Part shown: piece after piece, positions 48,341 through 54,430 of the stretch
How the letters are laid out: each line of letters begins with the position of its first letter
How positions within the stretch are numbered: position 1 is the first letter of the stretch
NCBI GenBank assembly: GCA_902792295.1
Contig: CADAZC010000021.1
Coordinates: 1 to 54,430, forward strand
Length of the DNA stretch: 54,430 nt
Direction of reading: 5' to 3'
Source: an uncultured Eubacteriales bacterium
GTDB taxonomy: Bacteria; Bacillota; Clostridia; Christensenellales; CAG-138
Notes under the pieces: generated by a model
The model's database searches: none
What the model was told of the DNA's origin: nothing
What the model saw: the letters and a program-made list of their open reading frames with translations, nothing else
Position numbers and translations under genes: made by a program

Positions 48341-50691
48341 AGCCGGAACCCTCCGCCGATGAAATAGACCAGGAACGACACGACCCAGGCGAGTACGCAC
48401 TGGAACAGCACGACGAGCGCCGACCAGCCCCTGCCGAGCTCACGGCGGATCGAGGCGATCGCCGCCACGCACGGCGTATACAGGAGGCAGAACGTCAGAA
48501 ACGACAGCGCGGCAAGCGGCGTCAGCGTGCCGAGCACCGCCGCTTCCGAACCGAACAGCACGTTGACCGTGGCGACCACGCTCTCCTTTGCCATAAAGCC
48601 CGCGATCAGCGCGGTGGACATGCGCCAGTCGCCGAAGCCGAGCGGCTTGAAGATCGGCGCGATCACGCCTGCGATCACGGCGAGGATCGAATCGTGCTGG
48701 TTCGTTACGATGTTCAGCCGGAAATCGAAGGTCTCGAGGAACCACACCACGACGGTCGCAATGAGAATGACCGTGAACGCACGCTCCAGAAAGTCTTTCG
48801 CCTTGTCCCACAGCAGCCGCAGTACGTTTTTCGCGCCGGGCAGACGGTAGTTCGGCAGCTCCATGACGAACGGGACCGCCTCGCCGCGGAACAGCACGCC
48901 CTTCGACAAAAGCGCGAAGAGGATGCCGACGACGATGCCGAGCACGTACATGCCGATCATCACGAGCGCGGCGTATTTCGGGAAGAACGCCGCGGAGAAG
49001 AACGCGTAGATCGGCAGCTTCGCCGAACAGCTCATAAACGGCGTCAGAAGGATCGTGAGTTTTCGGTCGCGGGCGGAGGGCAGCGTGCGGCTTGCCATGA
49101 CGCCCGGCACGGTGCAGCCGAAGCCGATCAGCATCGGCACGATGCTGCGTCCCGAAAGACCGATTTTGCGGAGCAGCTTATCCATGACGAACGCCACGCG
49201 CGCCATATAGCCGGAATCCTCCAGAAGGGAGAGGAAGAAGAACAGCACCAGAATGATCGGAAGAAAGCTCAGAACGCTTCCGATGCCGGTAAAGATGCCT
49301 TTGATGATCAGCGAATGCAGAACGGGACTGACGTTCCACGACGTCAGCGCGGCGTCGACGACGTTCGTCAGCGCGTCGATACCCGTGGCGAGCAGGTCCT
49401 GCAGCGCCTTGCCGATCACGTGGAACGTGAGGAAGAACACCAGGCCCATGATGCCGATGAACACCGGGATCGCCGTGTATTTGCCGGTGAGAACGCGGTC
49501 GACGCGGCGGCTGCGCTTATGCTCCTTGCTCTCCTTCGGCTTGACGACCGCCGCGTCGCACAGCTTTTGAATGAACGAAAATCGCATATCCGCAATGGCG
49601 GCGGCGCGGTCCAGTCCGCGTTCCTCCTCCATCTGACAGATGATGTGTTCGACCATGTCGCGCTCGTTTTCGGAGAGTTTCAGCGCCTCGGTCACGTACG
49701 GGTCGCCCTCGATGAGCTTGCTTGCCGCAAAGCGGATCGGAATGCCGGCTTCCGCCGCATGGTCCTCGATGAGGTGCATGATGCCGTGCAGGCACCGGTG
49801 TACCGCGCCGCCGTTCGCATCCCTGTCGCAGAAGTCGGTGCGCGTCGGCTTTTCCTGATACTGTGCCACATGCATCGCGTGACTGACGAGCTCGTCGACG
49901 CCCTCGTTCTTCGCCGCAGAGATCGGAATGACCGGAATGCCGAGGAGCGATTCCATTTCGTTGATGCGGATCGAGCCGCCGTTGCCGCGGACCTCGTCCA
50001 TCATGTTCAGCGCAAGCACCATCGGCACGTTCAGCTCCATCAGCTGCATCGTGAGGTACAGGTTGCGTTCGATGTTCGTCGCGTCGACGATATTGATGAT
50101 GCCGGTGGGCTTTTCGTCCAGAATGAACCGGCGGGACACGCGTTCCTCATCGGAATACGGCGAAAGCGAGTAGATGCCGGGCAGGTCCGTAATCTCCGTG
50201 CCGGGATTGCCGCGGATCTCGCCGCCCTTCCGGTCGACGGTCACGCCCGGGAAGTTGCCGACATGCTGATTCGAGCCGGTGAGCTGGTTGAACAGCGTCG
50301 TTTTGCCGCAGTTCTGGTTTCCCGCCAGCGCGAAGGTCAGCTTTGTGCCCTTCTTCAAAGGCGTTTCGGTCTCCTTGATGTGGAACCGTCCCGTTTCGCC
50401 GAGACCGGGGTGCTCGATCGCGGCGCGGCGTTCCGGTTTTTTCGGCGATACGGCTTCCGTGTCCGAAAGCACCGCCTTGATCTTTTCCGCGTCCGCCACG
50501 CGCAGCGTCAGCTCGTATCCGTGGATCAGAAACTCCATCGGATCGCCCATCGGCGCGAGCTTCACAAGCGTCATTTTCACGCCCGGGATCACGCCCATGT
50601 CCAGAAAATGCTGTCGAAGCGCGCCCTCGCCGCCGACCGTTTCCACGGTCGCCGTCTGTCCCGGTTTCAATTCCCGCAGCGTCATACCCAT
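48337..50691 (-). CDS. feoB: Ferrous iron transporter FeoB with N-terminal FeoA fusion
   Basis: FeoA motif APMGDPME; GNQNCGKT, GNFPGVT, DLPGIY, GFGCTVP, FVMELP, LYTPC. Confidence 0.96.
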   Translation of the reverse strand: MGMTLRELKPGQTATVETVGGEGALRQHFLDMGVIPGVKMTLVKLAPMGDPMEFLIHGYELTLRVADAEKIKAVLSDTEAVSPKKPERRAAIEHPGLGETGRFHIKETETPLKKGTKLTFALAGNQNCGKTTLFNQLTGSNQHVGNFPGVTVDRKGGEIRGNPGTEITDLPGIYSLSPYSDEERVSRRFILDEKPTGIINIVDATNIERNLYLTMQLMELNVPMVLALNMMDEVRGNGGSIRINEMESLLGIPVIPISAAKNEGVDELVSHAMHVAQYQEKPTRTDFCDRDANGGAVHRCLHGIMHLIEDHAAEAGIPIRFAASKLIEGDPYVTEALKLSENERDMVEHIICQMEEERGLDRAAAIADMRFSFIQKLCDAAVVKPKESKEHKRSRRVDRVLTGKYTAIPVFIGIMGLVFFLTFHVIGKALQDLLATGIDALTNVVDAALTSWNVSPVLHSLIIKGIFTGIGSVLSFLPIILVLFFFLSLLEDSGYMARVAFVMDKLLRKIGLSGRSIVPMLIGFGCTVPGVMASRTLPSARDRKLTILLTPFMSCSAKLPIYAFFSAAFFPKYAALVMIGMYVLGIVVGILFALLSKGVLFRGEAVPFVMELPNYRLPGAKNVLRLLWDKAKDFLERAFTVILIATVVVWFLETFDFRLNIVTNQHDSILAVIAGVIAPIFKPLGFGDWRMSTALIAGFMAKESVVATVNVLFGSEAAVLGTLTPLAALSFLTFCLLYTPCVAAIASIRRELGRGWSALVVLFQCVLAWVVSFLVYFIGGGFRL

Positions 50692-50842
50692 TCATCCTCC
50701 GTCCGGTCCGTACACATCGGACCACGGAAATTATATCGCATTCGTGCCGCGGGCGCAAGGGGAGGAAACGGTCGTTTTCCATCGTTTCAAAAAAAACGCT
50801 TCCGATCCGTTCGATCGAAAGCGTCTGTTCGCAGCGATTGCG

Positions 50843-51088
50843 TCAGTTTCCCGCCGTTGCGCCTGCGCTCGGCGACGCCGCCGGCTCGGTCGGCATGACC
50901 GGCGCGACCGTATCCTCGGGCATCATGCTCGGAACGGGCGGCTGCGTCACAACAGGCGCCGCCGTCATGGTCGGCGCGGCGCTCGGCGCCTTCGTCGGCG
51001 TCGAAATGTTTCCGCGCGCGGAGCACGTGCAGCCGACAAGCAGCAGCGTCAGAACGAGCAGCGGGATCAAAAAGAATCGTTTCATCAT
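50843..51088 (-). CDS. Small Pro/Thr/Ala-rich lipoprotein
   Basis: SD aaggag, lipobox LVGC, downstream hairpin with T8; SigG-like promoter upstream. Confidence 0.7.
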   Translation of the reverse strand: MMKRFFLIPLLVLTLLLVGCTCSARGNISTPTKAPSAAPTMTAAPVVTQPPVPSMMPEDTVAPVMPTEPAASPSAGATAGN

Positions 51089-51181
51089 GCGCATCTCCTT
51101 TCGGTTCTTTTCCGTCAGTATGTCCGTCTTCGCCGCGGTTATACGCTTGCGGGACGTGGAAAACTATGCTATACTGCGCGT

Positions 51182-51970
51182 ATGAGAGCAAGCATCGCAT
51201 TTGTCAAAACAGCATTATCGGAATTGAACGCAAACCCGAACCGCGCCCTCGGTCAGAACTTCTGCATCGACGGCGAGCGGCTTTCTTCCTGCGTCGAAGC
51301 GATGACGCTTGCAAAAAACGTGATCGAGATCGGTCCCGGTCTCGGCGCATTGACCGAGCTCCTGCTCGAAAAAAACGTTGCGCTCACCGCGGTCGAAAAG
51401 GACGAAGCGATGGCGGCGTATCTTCAAAAATCGCTCGCCGATCCGGATCTTGCGGTGATTGCGGGCGACGCGCTGAAATTCGATTACAAAGCCGTGCAAA
51501 AGCCGTTTTCGGTCGTCGGGAATCTGCCGTACTACATCACCGCGCCGCTTTCGACGGCGGTTCTGAAGGCGCTGCCGGCGTCGTTTTACTGCATGGTGCA
51601 GAAGGAAGCGGCGGATCGCTTCTTTGCCGCGCCGAGGGACAAAAACTACGGACCGCTTTCGATTCTGACACAGCTTTATTATGACGCGAAGCCGCTTGCG
51701 GCATTCCCGCCGGACTGCTTTTATCCGAGCCCGGACGTGCAGTCGGTCTTCGTCGGCATGACGAAAAAACCGCACGCGCCGGAGGACGATCCCGCTGCGA
51801 TTTTCGCGTTCTGCACCGCGCTTCTTTCCATGCGCCGCAAAACGATCAAAAACAATCTGAAACAATACGCAAACGCCGCGGGCGCGCTTTCTGCGCTCGG
51901 CATTTCGCCCGAAACGCGCGCGGAAACGCTTTCGCCCGAAACGTTCCTTTCGCTGTATCGTCTGCTCTGA
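51182..51970 (+). CDS. rsmA: 16S rRNA adenine dimethyltransferase RsmA/KsgA
   Basis: LGQNF, EIGPGLGALT, GNLPYYIT, MVQKE, RRKT..NNL, RAETL. Confidence 0.93.
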   Translation: MRASIAFVKTALSELNANPNRALGQNFCIDGERLSSCVEAMTLAKNVIEIGPGLGALTELLLEKNVALTAVEKDEAMAAYLQKSLADPDLAVIAGDALKFDYKAVQKPFSVVGNLPYYITAPLSTAVLKALPASFYCMVQKEAADRFFAAPRDKNYGPLSILTQLYYDAKPLAAFPPDCFYPSPDVQSVFVGMTKKPHAPEDDPAAIFAFCTALLSMRRKTIKNNLKQYANAAGALSALGISPETRAETLSPETFLSLYRLL

Positions 51971-52046
51971 ACCCGGGCCTGTTTCTGATCAAAAAAGGCA
52001 GCGGAGCTTTGATGCTCTGCTGCCTTTATTCTTTTTCGGCGATCCG

Positions 52047-54019
52047 CTATTTGTGCGTCTTTTCTCTTGCGCGCTTGTGCGCGCCGATCTGACCGGGCTT
52101 CAGGTCGCTCTTGCGGGTTTGCGGCTTTTCGCCCTTCAGGGCGAGGATCGCGTCGCGGAGCTTTGCCGCGGTCTCGAACTCCAGCTCGCGCGCCGCCTGC
52201 TGCATCTGTTCCGTCAGGATCGCGATGCGCTCGCGCTTCTGATACTCGGTGAGCCGTTCGGGCGGTTCCTCCTCGTGCCGCGAGATGACCAGCGTGTCAT
52301 AGACCTTTTTCTGAATGGTTTTCGGCGTGATGCCGTGCTCCGTGTTGTAGGCGATCTGCTTCGCCCTGCGGCGGGCGGTCTCATCCATGGCGCGGCGCAT
52401 GGACGCGGTGATCGTGTCGGCATAGAGGATGACGCGTCCCTCGGCGTTTCTGGCGGCTCTGCCGATCGTCTGGATCAAGCTGGTCTCGCTGCGCAGAAAG
52501 CCCTCCTTGTCCGCGTCGAGAATGGCGACAAGCCCCACCTCCGGAAGGTCGAGCCCTTCGCGTAAAAGATTGATGCCGACGAGCGCGTCGAATTCGCCGA
52601 GGCGAAGATCGCGGATGATCTCCATGCGGTCCAGCGTGTCGATGTCGCTGTGCATATAGCGCACGCGTACGCCCATGCGGTCGAGGTATTCGGTGAGGTC
52701 CTCCGCCATGCGCTTCGTCAGCGTCGTAATCAGCGTGCGGAAGCCCTTTTCCGCCTGCATGCGCACTTCGCCTAAAAGGTCGTCGATCTGTCCTTTTACG
52801 GGGCGCACCGCGACCTCCGGATCGACGAGCCCCGTCGGGCGGATGATCTGCTCGGCGACGACGGCGGCGCGGCTCATTTCAAAGCTCGCGGGCGTCGCGG
52901 ACACGCAAACCATCTGCGGCACACGCGCCATGAACTCGTCGAACTTCAGCGGGCGATTGTCCTTTGCGCTCGGCAGACGGAAGCCGTACTCGACCAGCGC
53001 GTCCTTTCTGGCGCGGTCGCCGCGGAACATACCCCCGACCTGCGGCAGCGTGACATGGCTTTCGTCGATGAACATCAGAAAATCCTTCGGGAAGTAATCG
53101 AGAAGCGTAAACGGCGGTTCACCGGGTTTCCGCCCGTCGAAGTAGCGCGAGTAGTTTTCGATGCCGCTGCAGAACCCGATCTCCTGCATCATCTCGATGT
53201 CGTGCAGCACGCGCGAACGGATGCGTTCGGCTTCCAGCGGCCGGTTGGTGTCGAGGAACATCTTTTCCTGCACCTCCATGTCCGCTTCGATCTCCTGAAG
53301 CGCCTTGTTCATCTTCTCCTGCCCGGTCGCGTAGTGCGAGGCGGGGAAGATCGCCACATGACTGCGGCGGGAAACGACCTCGCCGGTCAAAACGTTGATC
53401 TCCGAAATGCGCTCGATCTCGTCGCCGAAAAAGCCGATGCGCAGCGCCTTGTCCGTCCAGTTGACGGGGTAGACGTCGAGCGTGTCGCCGTGCGCGCGGA
53501 ACGTCCCGCGCGAAAAGTCCATGTCGTTGCGCTGATACTGGTTTTCGATGAGCCGGCGCATCACGTCGCGCCGGTCGATTTCCATGCCCTCGCGGAGCGA
53601 GACGCCACGATGATCACGTCGTTTCGCTCGTTTAAGGCGCAGGTCGCGGAGTGGCGCAGCTTGTCGATCTCGTCGTTGACGTCGATCGTCTTTTCGATAT
53701 AGGTGTCGCTCGCGGGCAGATACGCCTCCGGCTGATAGTAGTCGTAGTACGACACAAAGAACTCGACCGCGGAATCGGGAAACAGCTCCTTGAACTCGGA
53801 ACAGAGCTGCGCGGCGAGCGTTTTGTTGTGCGCAAGCACGAGCGTGGGCTTTTGCACACGCTCGATCACCTTTGCCATCGTATAGGTTTTTCCGCTTCCC
53901 GTAACGCCCAAAAGCACGGACAGGGGATTGCCTGCGTCGATGCTTTTTACAAGCGTTTCGATCGCCTGCGGCTGATCGCCCTGCGGCTCATAGGGGGAAA
54001 CGACCTTGAATTGTCCCAT
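52047..54019 (-). CDS. uvrB: Excinuclease ABC subunit B with internal deletion and frameshift at ~53600
   Basis: [37 protein letters not shown]; the VSCIYGLG segment is missing at DVIIVAS|SLREG. Confidence 0.95.
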
Positions 54020-54303
54020 CAATACTCGAAATCGACCGTTTTAGAATCCAGCCGGTGCGCGTGGATATAGACGCGCGCCTTCTGGTGATCGGGGTTTTTG
54101 TCGTAGATTTCAAGGTCTTCCTTCGACTTGAAATCCACGAGCAGCGCCATGTCGTAGCTTCTGCCGGAATGCATGAAGTCCTCGCCGATCTGCATCGAAA
54201 CGATCTCGGGGATCTTATCGACGAGCGCGTACAGCGAGTCGCGCACGATCGGAATATTGACCTTCGGGTCCTCAAACCGGAACAGAACGATGTGTTTGAT
54301 CAT
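54019..54303 (-). CDS. Dabb family stress-responsive alpha/beta barrel protein
   Basis: [16 protein letters not shown]...PDH, VDFE. Confidence 0.88.
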   Translation of the reverse strand: MIKHIVLFRFEDPKVNIPIVRDSLYALVDKIPEIVSMQIGEDFMHSGRSYDMALLVDFKSKEDLEIYDKNPDHQKARVYIHAHRLDSKTVDFEY

Positions 54304-54312
54304 ATTGCCTCC

Positions 54313-54430
54313 TTATGCTTCCGCAATGGACAGCGCGACGCGGATCATCTGATCGAACGCGGTCTGCCGCTGTTCCGCCGTCGCCTCTTCCTTTGTGCCG
54401 ATGATATCGCTGATCGTATCGATCGCGAGC
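54313..54430 (-). CDS. deoD: Purine nucleoside phosphorylase, 3' end (partial)
   Basis: LAIDTISDIIGTKEEATAEQRQTAFDQMIRVAL resembles the DeoD C-terminus. Confidence 0.8.
   Translation of the reverse strand, partial: LAIDTISDIIGTKEEATAEQRQTAFDQMIRVALSIAEA

Noticed and set aside
3723-48462. Frequent GCGATCGC (HIP1-like; at least 12 copies spotted by eye)
   Set aside because: All lie in coding regions and fit GCG-ATC-GCN (Ala-Ile-Ala) codon bias; a codon-aware null model would be needed to claim enrichment
51182-51970. Erm-type resistance methylase
   Set aside because: C-terminal RRKT/RAE motifs and chromosomal context indicate housekeeping RsmA

Overview
GC-rich chromosomal segment of a Clostridia-type (Bacillota) bacterium, probably a spore former and probably from a metagenome assembly. 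It is mostly core genes: tldD-pmbA, dnaX-ybaB-recR, parE-parC, a dcw cluster (rsmH-ftsL-pbp-murE-mraY-murD-ftsW-murA-ftsQ), rpsF-ssb-rpsR, holA, cdsA, feoAB, rsmA, uvrB and deoD. It also carries nitrogen and peptide catabolism genes: a YheO-ygeY-ygeW mini-operon, arcA-arcB, a separate arcC, and a clostripain-lipoprotein-M32 peptidase operon. I found no CRISPR array, prophage, integrase, transposase, rRNA or tRNA, and no clear new defence-type system. Main signals: (1) at least six conserved genes, including essential rpsR, are broken by short block deletions or exact tandem duplications, most likely assembly artefacts; (2) an NrdR-box-like operator duplicated over the parEC promoter; (3) paired palindromic operators at a DUF6442-XRE module; (4) four apparently leaderless genes; (5) a structured ~230-nt intergenic element after ftsQ; (6) a possible protein-to-arginine-to-ATP relay and a truncated purine/ureide catabolic module sharing one carbamate kinase. 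All calls come from reading motifs by eye; no searches were run.
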